Shown here piece after piece: positions 1 to 9,561 of a stretch of 64,000 bases of DNA (position 1 is its first letter; each line of letters begins with the position of its first letter). The position numbers and the translations under genes were made by a program. Origin of the DNA: Candidatus Poribacteria bacterium (GTDB lineage: Bacteria > Poribacteria > WGA-4E > WGA-3G); contig OZ219750.1 in assembly GCA_964291315.2 (NCBI GenBank), positions 544,001 through 608,000 of the forward strand. Reading direction: 5' to 3'. The notes under the pieces were generated by a model. It made no database searches, was not told the origin of the DNA, and was given only the letters and a program-made list of their open reading frames with translations.

Positions 1-21
1 TACTCATCTTTATATGACCCA

Positions 22-156
22 TTACAAACGCGAAACGATCGCTGGCATTTTCCAAGCTAGGATGATGATGCCAACAAACAGAACAAGATACCAGATAATC
101 AACATTCGGACCCGTGTCCTTTTGAAAATACTATGTCGAGAGCGTCTCAATTTCAT
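22..156 (-). CDS. Small (44 aa) single-pass membrane protein, absent from the ORF track
   Basis: Hand translation gives MKLRRSRHSIFKRTRVRMLIIWYLVLFVGIIILAWKMPAIVSRL*. AGGA RBS upstream; basic N-terminus then a hydrophobic helix; stop overlaps the next ATG (TAATG) of an ORF running off the window. Confidence 0.6.
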   Translation of the reverse strand: MKLRRSRHSIFKRTRVRMLIIWYLVLFVGIIILAWKMPAIVSRL

Positions 157-557
157 GAGGTTTCCTTTTGCTAAAGGTTTTCATGGTACGGGAAATCATG
201 TGCATGAAAAGGTGAAAACTGTGTAGATAATAATAGAAACTAGCTTTACATAGATAAGTATACCACATTTTCACTTATAAGTAAAGTGGGGTTGATAAGT
301 AATTGATTGTTTTTTTCAAGAGAATCCTGTCTAGTATCGTCAGGTGATTACATCTTGACCCAAAGGAGTTCTCCGATGTGCATTGTATCACTCTTCTGCA
401 GAATAGGCAATTTTTTTCTGGCGGTTTGCAAAGTACGCCGCGTCAAAGAAACCCGGTTGTCTGTGAGGTTTGCATCCGAGTGAGGTCGTCTATTCTCTAT
501 CCGACATCTTAGGGATGATAGTCAAAAAGGTGTCCCCGATTTTTTTTATAAAAAAAC

Positions 558-587
558 TTGACATTGAGGTGCGTTTTAAGATATATT
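558..587 (+). promoter_or_regulatory. sigma70-type promoter for the tandem lamin-tail genes
   Basis: TTGACA(558-563)-18 nt-TATATT(582-587), preceded by an A/T tract. Confidence 0.6.
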
Positions 588-1061
588 TAATATATCGTAG
601 AAAAGATAGGGCGAAATAGTCCGAAAGTGAATTTGTAATCTATGAGACATGTGAAAGCTGTAGACACTTGCCCCAGAATCATGAAGTCAGAAGCTGACCC
701 AACAGCACGAGATCTCACACCGACTAAAGAGCCTCCCGCAGCGGAAGATAGGCAGGAGCCAACCCCATTCTATAGCAAAAGAAGCGGTAGTTCTATTCTT
801 TTCATATGTTTTATGTTGTTGTTCTGTTTTCACACAGTTTAAGGGAGTTTTGGCACTGCTATTTAACGCGCGAGAACAAGGAAAGTTGAAATCAGGATGT
901 TTCGAACAGAAACGCCCTTCCACCTTAACATCAATAGATATGGGGTTTCCCTCAGGGTAAAGTTGACGTGTAAGTAAGCGAGAATGGGGCCGCTATCTCT
1001 GCGGTCATCTCTCATCGTGTCTATATTTAACCAATATCAATAACAGAGGAGAATGCACGTA

Positions 1062-3935
1062 ATGTTATGGAATAAAATTAGAATTTTCGTGGTTTTAGGG
1101 ATCATGTTTGTCTTTGCAACCACACACGCTTTTGGTGTCATTGGCCCAGGGGATGGCCGGGCTAGCTATACGCTGTGGACTGAACTCAAGAAATCCAAGG
1201 GCTTTACGATCATTATGAAGAGTTACGGTCTCGTTTATCCCGAGCCTAACAATCACAGGGCTACAGTCGCTAACAAGCGTATAGCTGACGTTGTACATGC
1301 GCGGGCGATCCCTGATTTGCCAGACCTGAAGGATTTACTGGTGCGCGGTGGTGCCATCACAATCTCAATGCGGGTGCCGCTAGCAGCCGAAATTACCGCC
1401 GATGGTGCTGACAAGCATACCCTAAAAGCCGACGCATCAGATGCGGATCTGATGAAGATGAAGCACCGCATCGTCATCACCGAGGTGAATTGGGGGACGG
1501 ATTTCCCGCACAGAACCGGTGCCCAATGGTTTGAACTCTATAACGCTGGCGCCGCTTTGAAAGCCAACGATTATATCAGATGGCACACGTATCCCAGTTT
1601 AGACGACACCGTTGTTCCTGAACCGGGCGAGACGTTCATGTGGGACGCTGATAATAATGCGGGCACAGCTGACCGCAAGTTTGTTGTTTTGGATCGTGTC
1701 GCCACGATCAATCGTTTTGGTCAGCGGTGGGAGCTGAAAGGTGCGGATGGCGATACTGCCGATGCCGATGCCGACCACAGTGCGGCTCCCTCTACCCTTA
1801 CCGCAGCGGATGTCTCTGATACACCTACGGATGGTAGGAATACCGCGGATCCTGCCAATGCGATGACCTCCATGTATCGGAAGATCGAGCTGGATGCCAC
1901 GGGTATGGCGTATGCATACGAAGGCGGAAAACCGAAGGGCCTCGGGGAAGGCAACGAAGCCAGCTCCTGGGAGACCTCTAAATATAAGGCTAAATATATC
2001 CTCTATGGCAATTACAAGGGGAGTCCGGGGGCTGTTCACTCACTTAATCCGGGTGGCCCGGGTGCAGCCTTGTTCAATATGACTCCCGCCTCTATCTCTC
2101 ACACAGGCATTATTATCAACGAGGTGCGCAACGACTCTTCAGACGATAACTTGGATTGGATAGAGCTGTTCTATAACAGTGATGATCCCGAAGCCAAGCC
2201 CGTGAATATAGAGAACTATAAGCTGAGCCTGGTGATGGGGAAGATGAAGTCTGATGGCAGCTATCACGAGTCGGGTGATGCCAACTTCACGGAGACCAAA
2301 CTCGCGGTGCTGCCGAAATACGAGATGACACCGGGCGAGTATGTCGTGATCTATAACCGGGAGCCTGGGAAGAGTGTTACGTTTGCTGGCGGTGAAAAAC
2401 TTCAGGATCTCTCTGCGAAAACGCACATCAAAAAGGGTGCCGCGCACAAGTATGTGGTAGAGACAGACCTGAAGCTGCCTGCTGAAGGCAAGTTCCTGAT
2501 CCTGCTGCGCACGCGGAATAGTGCGGATGACGTTGGCAAGCCGACAAATGTCAAAGACTACGCCGGCAACGGTTTCTTCAAGCGCATGGAAGATGAGAAG
2601 TTCGATACAAGTGTGTGGCCGTTTGTGGCGTGGTCTGCCCCGGGAGACGTTGAGGACTTCGGTAGCATGAACACCTTCGCCTCTACGAGTATGTCGTTCG
2701 GTCGGGAGGCTCAGTTGAATGCGAAGGGGATGTATTGGGCGAAGTCTCGTGCGAACCGTGTTCACAAAGACGATTGGATGACGTTCGGTTTCATGGGTGC
2801 TGGCTACGATCGCGGGCGCGATAAAACGGTTGACACGGCGAGTTCGCCTGGTACGCCGGGGTATCCGAACATAGGGGTGAGTATGATCGCGGATGACAAA
2901 AACACCGCATCGACTGACGATGACTACGTCTTCGATGGCAAAGTGAGCATCAGCGAGATTATGTATGATGCGGGGCCGCGCTCGAACTTGGCGCAGTGGA
3001 TAGAACTCTATAACAGCTCTATGAGCGAGACCATAGACCTTGCGGGCTGGGAGTTAGAGGTCCGCAACGAGCGTACAGAGATGGGTTCGTATGTCAATGC
3101 GAAGTTCACATTTGCTGCGGACACGTATCTGCCGCCGAATCAGACGTTGCTGCTGGTGTCGAACAATGGTGCGAACGATGTTGCGGAGAACTACGTTTAT
3201 AACTTGCAGGAGAAGCACGGGACTGCTCTGGGTTTGACAATGCGGGGTCGGCAGCTGCTGAGTGCGGCGGGCTTCCATCTGGAGCTTCGTGCGAAGGTCA
3301 ACACAAGCGGTGACTCGGCGTTGATGGTAGTAGACACAGCTGGCAACCTTGAGATATCGGGGACGGTGCGCACCCACGCCTGGGATTTGCCCGAGCGCGG
3401 TGAGATGCGGATGTCTATCACCCGCACGTATAAAGGCGGTTCCAATCCGGATGATGGTTTGATGCAAGCCTCTTGGCGGCAGTCAAACCTAGCAGGTGCC
3501 TCGCTGACGTATTACGGACACCGAGACGATATCGGTTCCCCCGGCTACCGGGTCGGTGGTCCGTTGCCGGTTTCGCTCTCGAGTTTCCGTCCTGTGCGCG
3601 ATGCCTCGACGGGCCATGTTGAGATTACGTGGGTAACGCAGTCCGAGCTCAACAACGCCGGGTTCAATATCCTGCGCAGCGAAAGCAAGACGGGTGAGTT
3701 TTCGGTTATCAACACGAAGGGTCTGATTGCGGGGCACGGGACGACGTCCGAGAAGCATGTGTATCGCTACACAGATACCGCTGCGAAGCCGAACGTGGTG
3801 TATTACTACCAGATAGAAGACGTCTCTATGGACGGGGTGCGCACGACGTTACGCACGACGCATCTGCGTGGGGATGTCTCTGCGAGGGGTAAGCTCACGA
3901 CGCGTTGGGGAGAGCTGAAATCGTCTGACAAATAG
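1062..3935 (+). CDS. Secreted lamin-tail-domain (LTD) repeat protein, paralog 1
   Basis: Signal peptide; three LTD-like motifs (IVITEV..WFELYN, IIINEV..DWIELF, VSISEIMYD..QWIELYN, TPGYPN); C-terminal PLPVSLSSF..W.TQSE.NNAGFNI Ig-like module and GKLTTRWGELK tail. Start moved from 1053 to 1062 by alignment with paralog 2 and RBS spacing. Confidence 0.8.
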   Translation: MLWNKIRIFVVLGIMFVFATTHAFGVIGPGDGRASYTLWTELKKSKGFTIIMKSYGLVYPEPNNHRATVANKRIADVVHARAIPDLPDLKDLLVRGGAITISMRVPLAAEITADGADKHTLKADASDADLMKMKHRIVITEVNWGTDFPHRTGAQWFELYNAGAALKANDYIRWHTYPSLDDTVVPEPGETFMWDADNNAGTADRKFVVLDRVATINRFGQRWELKGADGDTADADADHSAAPSTLTAADVSDTPTDGRNTADPANAMTSMYRKIELDATGMAYAYEGGKPKGLGEGNEASSWETSKYKAKYILYGNYKGSPGAVHSLNPGGPGAALFNMTPASISHTGIIINEVRNDSSDDNLDWIELFYNSDDPEAKPVNIENYKLSLVMGKMKSDGSYHESGDANFTETKLAVLPKYEMTPGEYVVIYNREPGKSVTFAGGEKLQDLSAKTHIKKGAAHKYVVETDLKLPAEGKFLILLRTRNSADDVGKPTNVKDYAGNGFFKRMEDEKFDTSVWPFVAWSAPGDVEDFGSMNTFASTSMSFGREAQLNAKGMYWAKSRANRVHKDDWMTFGFMGAGYDRGRDKTVDTASSPGTPGYPNIGVSMIADDKNTASTDDDYVFDGKVSISEIMYDAGPRSNLAQWIELYNSSMSETIDLAGWELEVRNERTEMGSYVNAKFTFAADTYLPPNQTLLLVSNNGANDVAENYVYNLQEKHGTALGLTMRGRQLLSAAGFHLELRAKVNTSGDSALMVVDTAGNLEISGTVRTHAWDLPERGEMRMSITRTYKGGSNPDDGLMQASWRQSNLAGASLTYYGHRDDIGSPGYRVGGPLPVSLSSFRPVRDASTGHVEITWVTQSELNNAGFNILRSESKTGEFSVINTKGLIAGHGTTSEKHVYRYTDTAAKPNVVYYYQIEDVSMDGVRTTLRTTHLRGDVSARGKLTTRWGELKSSDK

Positions 3936-3950
3936 CAGACACAACATATA

Positions 3951-3996
3951 GCGCAAGCTTGATACATATTTATGCAAATATGTGTCAAGCTTGCGT
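3951..3996 (+). other. Long intergenic hairpin without U-tract (possible mRNA stability or processing element)
   Basis: GCGCAAGCTTGATACATATTT-ATGC-AAATATGTGTCAAGCTTGCGT, ~20-bp stem. Confidence 0.6.
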
Positions 3997-4023
3997 CACC
4001 AATAACAGAGGAGAACAAAAATA

Positions 4024-6765
4024 ATGTTATGGAATAAAATCAGAATTTTGGTAGTGTTAGGGCTTGTGTGTCTCTTTGCAACCCCCCAGGCTTCCGCGCA
4101 GCTTAACGCTGTGACGGGAGGTAGCACAGCCCACCTCCTTGAAGCCAAAAAGTTCTTTATCTGGGCGAGATCTGGCGAGAAAGATCATAACGGCATCTTG
4201 CCCGAAGCAAAAGGGCGGGTGCAGAACTCAAGGCTTTGGGTTGACCTACGGAGTAGACTCGAAAGCGGTCCTGGGCTTGTCCTTACAGTGCGAGTGCCCT
4301 TACAGAGCGAAGTTGATGTGGCGGGTGCAGAGTATAGCTTGAAACCTAATGCGACAGCGGAGGACGCGATGAAGCTCAAGCACCAAATCGTTATCACCGA
4401 AATAATGTGGGGGACAGATGTGCCTTCAAGAGCACATACCGCTGCGACAGATAATCCGCAGTGGCTAGAACTCTACGTCCAAGGCGGTCTGAAAAAGAAC
4501 GATTCCACCTGGCTACGACATACTGGACTCTTTCCTGATGCTCGAGGGTATCGCGCAGGGGAGATGTTTGAGATGACTGAATTAGATGATTCCAAGCGCA
4601 AATATGTCGTTCTGGATCGTGTAACAACGGTCGATCGTTTTGGGCGGAAGTGGCAGCTGAAAGGCAGCAACGGTGATACCGACGGCGATGCAGAGAAGGG
4701 CATAGCTCCGATGCCCATGGTTTCTATGTATCGGAAGATAGAGCTGGATGCGACAGGCAAGGCGTATGCGTATGAAAACGGAAAACTGAAGGGGCTCGGG
4801 GACGGCAGTGAACCCGGTTCCTGGGAGGCTTCCGTCGGCTCGGTTAACATCAGCGATCCGTACATCGGTTCCCCGGGCAGCGTTCATGTGCCTTTGGGCG
4901 GTCCCCATGTTGTCAAGTTTGATATGAAACCTGCGGCTATCTCCCCTACCGGTATTATCATCAACGAGGTGCGCAACGATACGTCAAGTGTGAACTTGGA
5001 CTGGATAGAGTTGTTCTATAATAGCGATAGTGCCTCGGATGCGCCCGTGAATATAGAGAACTATCAGCTGAGCCTGGTGATGGGGAAGATGATGACGGAC
5101 GGTAGCGGGTATCACGAGTCCGGGGATGCCAACTTCACGGACACGAGCTTGGCGGTGCTGCCGAAATATAGTATGAAGCCGGGCGAGTATGTCGTCGTCT
5201 ATAACCGAGACCCGGGGCGCGGTCTTGCTTTCGCTGGGGGTACAAACCTTCAGAGTCTCTTGGACGACTCGGATGTCAACACGGGTGCCACGCACAAGTA
5301 TGTGGTTGCGAAAGACCTAAAACTTCCGGCTGAAGGCAAGTTCCTGATCCTGCTGCGCAACGCAAAAGAGAAGCTAAAAACGGCGGATAATGTCATAGAC
5401 TATGCGGGCAACGGGTTCTTCACACGGGTAGAAGATAGGAAGTTCAATACAGACGTTTGGCCGTTCGTGGGATGGATGTCCCCGGGAGACGTTGAGGACT
5501 TCGGTAGCATGAATACCTTCGCCTCTCGGAACATGTCTTTTGGTCGGGGTGTGCAGATCAATTCGCAGGGCATGTATTGGGCGAAGTCTCGTGCGAACCG
5601 CGTTCACAAAGACGACTGGCAGTCGTTTGGGTTCATCGGCACTGGCTACGACCGCGGCAAAGATAGATCTGTTGACACAGTGACGTCCCCTGGCACGCCG
5701 GGGTATCCGAACATGGCGGTGAACAACGTCTCCGAGGGCGACTACACGTTTGATGGCAAAGTGAGCATCAGCGAGATTATGTATGATGCGGGGCCGCGCT
5801 CGAACTTGGTGCAGTGGATAGAGCTCTACAACAGCTCTATGATGGATACGGTGAACCTTGAGGGGTGGGAGTTAGATATCCGCAACCAGGAGACAGGCGG
5901 CTTGTATGTCGACGCAACCCTCACCTTTAAGGCAGGGGCGTATATCCCGCCGAATCAGACGCTGCTGCTGGTCTCGAGTAGTGCTGCGAACGATGTTGCG
6001 GATAACTATGTCTACAACCTGTTGGAGAAGCACCGTAGCGATCTCAGGTTGACGGCGTCTGGTCGGCAGCTGCTGAATGCGGCGGGCTTCTATTTGGAGC
6101 TGCGTGCGAAGGTCAGCGGTGGCGATCCGATGGTTATGGATGCAGCCGGCAACCTTGAGGTAGACGGTACTTCACTCACGAAGATGTGGGATTTGCCCGG
6201 AAGCGGTGAGCTGCGGACCTCTATTGTGCGGGTCTATGGGGGTGTGTTCAACGACATGACAGAGGGTTCTGGCCCGCACGATGCTGATGATGGAACGATG
6301 GCGGCCTCGTGGCGGCAGTCTAGTATGGCCTCGTTGACCTTCTACGGGCAGCGGAGCGATATCGGCTCCCCGGGTTATCGGCGCGGTGGCCCGTTGCCGG
6401 TTTCACTCTCGAGTTTCCGTCCTGTGCGCGATGTCTCGACGGGCCATGTTGAGATTAGCTGGGTAACGCAGTCCGAGCTCAACAATGCGGGGTTCAATAT
6501 CCTGCGCAGCGAGAGCAAGACGGGCGAGTTCAAGGCTATCAACGCCGAGGGTCTGATTGCGGGGCACGGCACGACGTCCGAGAAGCATGTGTATACCTAC
6601 ACAGATACCACTGCGAAGCCGAATGTGGTGTATTACTACCAGATAGAAGACGTCTCTATGGACGGGGTGCGTACGACGCTACGGACGACGCATCTGCGTG
6701 GGGATGTCTCTGCGAGGGGTAAGCTCACAACCCGTTGGGGAGAGCTCAAATCGTCTGACAAATAG
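4024..6765 (+). CDS. Secreted lamin-tail-domain repeat protein, paralog 2
   Basis: Same architecture as paralog 1; near-identical C-terminal ~125 aa; same RBS context CAATAACAGAGGAGAA. Confidence 0.8.
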   Translation: MLWNKIRILVVLGLVCLFATPQASAQLNAVTGGSTAHLLEAKKFFIWARSGEKDHNGILPEAKGRVQNSRLWVDLRSRLESGPGLVLTVRVPLQSEVDVAGAEYSLKPNATAEDAMKLKHQIVITEIMWGTDVPSRAHTAATDNPQWLELYVQGGLKKNDSTWLRHTGLFPDARGYRAGEMFEMTELDDSKRKYVVLDRVTTVDRFGRKWQLKGSNGDTDGDAEKGIAPMPMVSMYRKIELDATGKAYAYENGKLKGLGDGSEPGSWEASVGSVNISDPYIGSPGSVHVPLGGPHVVKFDMKPAAISPTGIIINEVRNDTSSVNLDWIELFYNSDSASDAPVNIENYQLSLVMGKMMTDGSGYHESGDANFTDTSLAVLPKYSMKPGEYVVVYNRDPGRGLAFAGGTNLQSLLDDSDVNTGATHKYVVAKDLKLPAEGKFLILLRNAKEKLKTADNVIDYAGNGFFTRVEDRKFNTDVWPFVGWMSPGDVEDFGSMNTFASRNMSFGRGVQINSQGMYWAKSRANRVHKDDWQSFGFIGTGYDRGKDRSVDTVTSPGTPGYPNMAVNNVSEGDYTFDGKVSISEIMYDAGPRSNLVQWIELYNSSMMDTVNLEGWELDIRNQETGGLYVDATLTFKAGAYIPPNQTLLLVSSSAANDVADNYVYNLLEKHRSDLRLTASGRQLLNAAGFYLELRAKVSGGDPMVMDAAGNLEVDGTSLTKMWDLPGSGELRTSIVRVYGGVFNDMTEGSGPHDADDGTMAASWRQSSMASLTFYGQRSDIGSPGYRRGGPLPVSLSSFRPVRDVSTGHVEISWVTQSELNNAGFNILRSESKTGEFKAINAEGLIAGHGTTSEKHVYTYTDTTAKPNVVYYYQIEDVSMDGVRTTLRTTHLRGDVSARGKLTTRWGELKSSDK

Positions 6766-6817
6766 CAGACACAGCGGTTAGAAATAGACAAGCTAACCTT
6801 ACAGATCAACTAACAAA

Positions 6818-6858
6818 ACGTTGGGGGTGGAACGGATGTTCCACCCCCAACGTCTTTT
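6818..6858 (+). terminator. Intrinsic terminator
   Basis: Perfect 16-bp stem ACGTTGGGGGTGGAAC/GTTCCACCCCCAACGT followed by CTTTT. Confidence 0.85.
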
Positions 6859-7079
6859 AACCCCAGGCGCTCTCTGTTTCTTTTTTTTTCATGTGAGAAA
6901 TTCACGGCAATCAGCGTATTATCCTACAATAACGTGATCTTGATAATTATTGGGTTCATCTTTGGGTAAAGAGATCTATTGTCTAGCCGAGCAGGAAACC
7001 ATGCTACAAAAGATCCTTACTAAATCACTTTTCAAATCCCTATTATTTTAGGAAACTGCTAGATTGTTTTAGGTGTTTT

Positions 7080-7898
7080 CTATGTTTTGGCAACAAGGGT
7101 GAGTTCCGTTTTTCCATCAAGTCCAGCAACAACAGGAAATGTTTTCTCCGCGGGTTTTCCACCTTTTGGGACGTACTGGGCCTGTGGTGAAAAGTAGGCG
7201 TACAACGCTGTATTCCGGGGATTTGGAGTTGTGTTTGGACCTGAGCCGTGTACCGTCAGGCTGTGGAAAAATAAGGCACTCCCGGCAGAAAGTGGCACAT
7301 CTGTCTGTTGTTCTGAGATCCCTTTTCGGTGGGTGAGTTTTGCATCCTGCTGCCGCGCGATATGCCCCCAGGATTGCATGCCCCACAAGTGACTTCTTGG
7401 GATCACCTTGAAACAACCATTGTCGGGTGTAGCATTGTTGAGTGCGATGCTGACTGTAACAAGATTGGGCGGCTCCATGGGCCAGTACGCCGAGTCTTGA
7501 TGTAATCCGTGTGAGGATCCGTGGAACGCTGGTTTAAACATTAATGTGCTTCTAAAAAGCAACAGATCTGGTCCAATAAGTGCTTGGACGACAGCAATAA
7601 GTTTAGGATGCTTTGCAAGATCCCGAAATATTTGGGAGTACTGCCGTGTGTTTTCTGCTTTCCGCAGGATCGGCAAATTGCTCCCCTGCATTTTGTTTTT
7701 TGCGAAGGGTTCATATTGTACGTGCCGCCGTGCTATATCTGCTCGTTCTTTTTCACCATCGGATTCCTGCCCTGCAGCGAATTGATGTAACCGATGAATT
7801 TCTGCTTGACATTCCATTACTTCTTCTGCAGACAGCAGATTGTCTACAACCAGATAACCTTCCTTCTCAAAACATGTTTTTCGATCCTGCAGATCCAT
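7080..7898 (-). CDS. Phytanoyl-CoA dioxygenase (PhyH) family Fe(II)/2OG oxygenase
   Basis: HQD...H facial triad (LHQDSAYW, HSLTVHGSGPN..R); start at ATG 7898 after GGAGG. Confidence 0.88.
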   Translation of the reverse strand: MDLQDRKTCFEKEGYLVVDNLLSAEEVMECQAEIHRLHQFAAGQESDGEKERADIARRHVQYEPFAKNKMQGSNLPILRKAENTRQYSQIFRDLAKHPKLIAVVQALIGPDLLLFRSTLMFKPAFHGSSHGLHQDSAYWPMEPPNLVTVSIALNNATPDNGCFKVIPRSHLWGMQSWGHIARQQDAKLTHRKGISEQQTDVPLSAGSALFFHSLTVHGSGPNTTPNPRNTALYAYFSPQAQYVPKGGKPAEKTFPVVAGLDGKTELTLVAKT

Positions 7899-7899
7899 T

Positions 7900-9330
7900 T
7901 TAGCCTCCAATCAATTGTTTAATTTCCCAAACGATACTTGAAATTGCAAAGCCGACATAGACACATGAAGCGATCAGCATCATGAAAGTGGAGAGTCGTT
8001 TGGGTTTTGCAAAGTCAGGCAGGAAACGGTAGTTCATATAAAGTGTGAGTGGTACGTAGAGTGCCATAGCAAAACCGCCCATGTATGCTGCATTAAAAAG
8101 AAATCCTAGTTCACTAACGTTCAGTTGCTCCATCACAAACGTTATTACACATCCGCCGACGATCCAGACACCGGCGATGAGGAGGTACCACCAGCTCAAA
8201 TCTCGCTTTTGTGCTCCTCGGAAGTTGGTATAGATAATATCGGAAATTGAGCGCGATACACCGTCAACGAGCGCGAGTTGTGTGCCGAAAAGTGTTGCAA
8301 CGCCAACGAGTAAGAAAATTTTCTGTCCTGCTACACCCCAGATTTCACCTAGTATTTGCGCTTCATCGTAGATGAGTCTGCCTGGCTCGGGAATAATCCC
8401 TTGTGGGTGTAAAACCGAGAGTGCTCCGAAAATAAAGAGCAGAATTGTGAAAGTATTCAGTGCCCAAAAGAAAAGGATTTGGTCGCTTTTGACATACTGC
8501 CACCATGCCATGAACCGTTTTCGGTTCTCCTCCGTGGCTTCGAAGAGAAACCCGGTAGCGGGGACCTTTGCACTTCTGCCTCGGAGTGGACTCTGCAGCC
8601 CTGGTAACTGTGCACCCATACCGATGTTTTTATCGCGTAGATAAAACGTGTAGAAGAGGTTTGCTGTCCCTCCTGCACCTGCGAAGACTAAAGCGCTGAA
8701 AAATTTTTTCACCGATATGTCGGGGGCTATGTATCCTACGTTTATTAGACCGCTGCCGAGGTCCTTCCATATGTCCATTGAACCGACAGTGAGGGCTACT
8801 AGAATCAGCCCAATTGTTACGATAGCGACGAGGACCTCGACCGTCCTTTCAACAGATTGGTAAACCATCTTGGGTCCAAAAAGGATGAGCGCGACCATAG
8901 AGAACGTCACTATCGTCCAGAAGGTATCAGACCCCCAGCCCCCGGGTCCAAACACAAGTGCTTTGAGCGCGAGTCCTGATGTCCTTGCCCACCCTGGGGC
9001 TATCCAGCCGACAACAGTCAACAGAATGAACAATGGGGCGAAACCTCGCCAGATGCGGCTGTAACCTGTGTATACCGTCTCACCTGTAGAGATGGTCCAA
9101 CGTGCTACTTCAAAGTTAATCCAGAGTTGGAGGAATACACCAAGGGCTGCTGCCCAAATCATGCTGCCTCCGTATTCAGCGGCAATGAGCGGCCAAATTA
9201 CACTCTCACCTGCACCGATAGACAAACCGACCAAGATAGCCCCTGGCCCGGCAATCTTCCAAAATGGTAACTGTTTTTCGGGTAACTCAACAATTTTAAA
9301 TTCGTCGAGGGGTTGGTAGATTCTTGACAT
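7900..9330 (-). CDS. NRAMP-like divalent metal / APC-superfamily transporter
   Basis: GPGAIL..LSIGAGE motif and many hydrophobic helices; start moved to ATG 9330 with AGAGGA RBS. Confidence 0.75.
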   Translation of the reverse strand: MSRIYQPLDEFKIVELPEKQLPFWKIAGPGAILVGLSIGAGESVIWPLIAAEYGGSMIWAAALGVFLQLWINFEVARWTISTGETVYTGYSRIWRGFAPLFILLTVVGWIAPGWARTSGLALKALVFGPGGWGSDTFWTIVTFSMVALILFGPKMVYQSVERTVEVLVAIVTIGLILVALTVGSMDIWKDLGSGLINVGYIAPDISVKKFFSALVFAGAGGTANLFYTFYLRDKNIGMGAQLPGLQSPLRGRSAKVPATGFLFEATEENRKRFMAWWQYVKSDQILFFWALNTFTILLFIFGALSVLHPQGIIPEPGRLIYDEAQILGEIWGVAGQKIFLLVGVATLFGTQLALVDGVSRSISDIIYTNFRGAQKRDLSWWYLLIAGVWIVGGCVITFVMEQLNVSELGFLFNAAYMGGFAMALYVPLTLYMNYRFLPDFAKPKRLSTFMMLIASCVYVGFAISSIVWEIKQLIGG

Positions 9331-9561
9331 ATTTCTTCCTCTTGTAATGTCGTGTGCGTTTCCCTTCTCTGGGATGCGTCTCGTAAAATAGTCCGGCAGC
9401 ACTTTCATCTTTGACGAACCTCGCGTTCGTGCTTGTGCTTTATATATACCTTTCAGCCCCAAAAGTTTAGTTTTTTTGCAGGATGCGGTTTTCGGGCAGT
9501 CTTGGGTGTCCGAACCCTCAAAACCGGGTCGCTCTTCTGTCGTTTCCATCGGGCGTGACGT

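Noticed and set aside
642-923. ORF-track 66-aa and 78-aa ORFs in the leader
   Set aside because: No RBS or motif; the region is better explained as a structured 5' leader.
9331-9549. 73-aa N-terminal extension of the NRAMP-like transporter
   Set aside because: Runs through an intergenic hairpin (9486-9526); the RBS supports ATG 9330.
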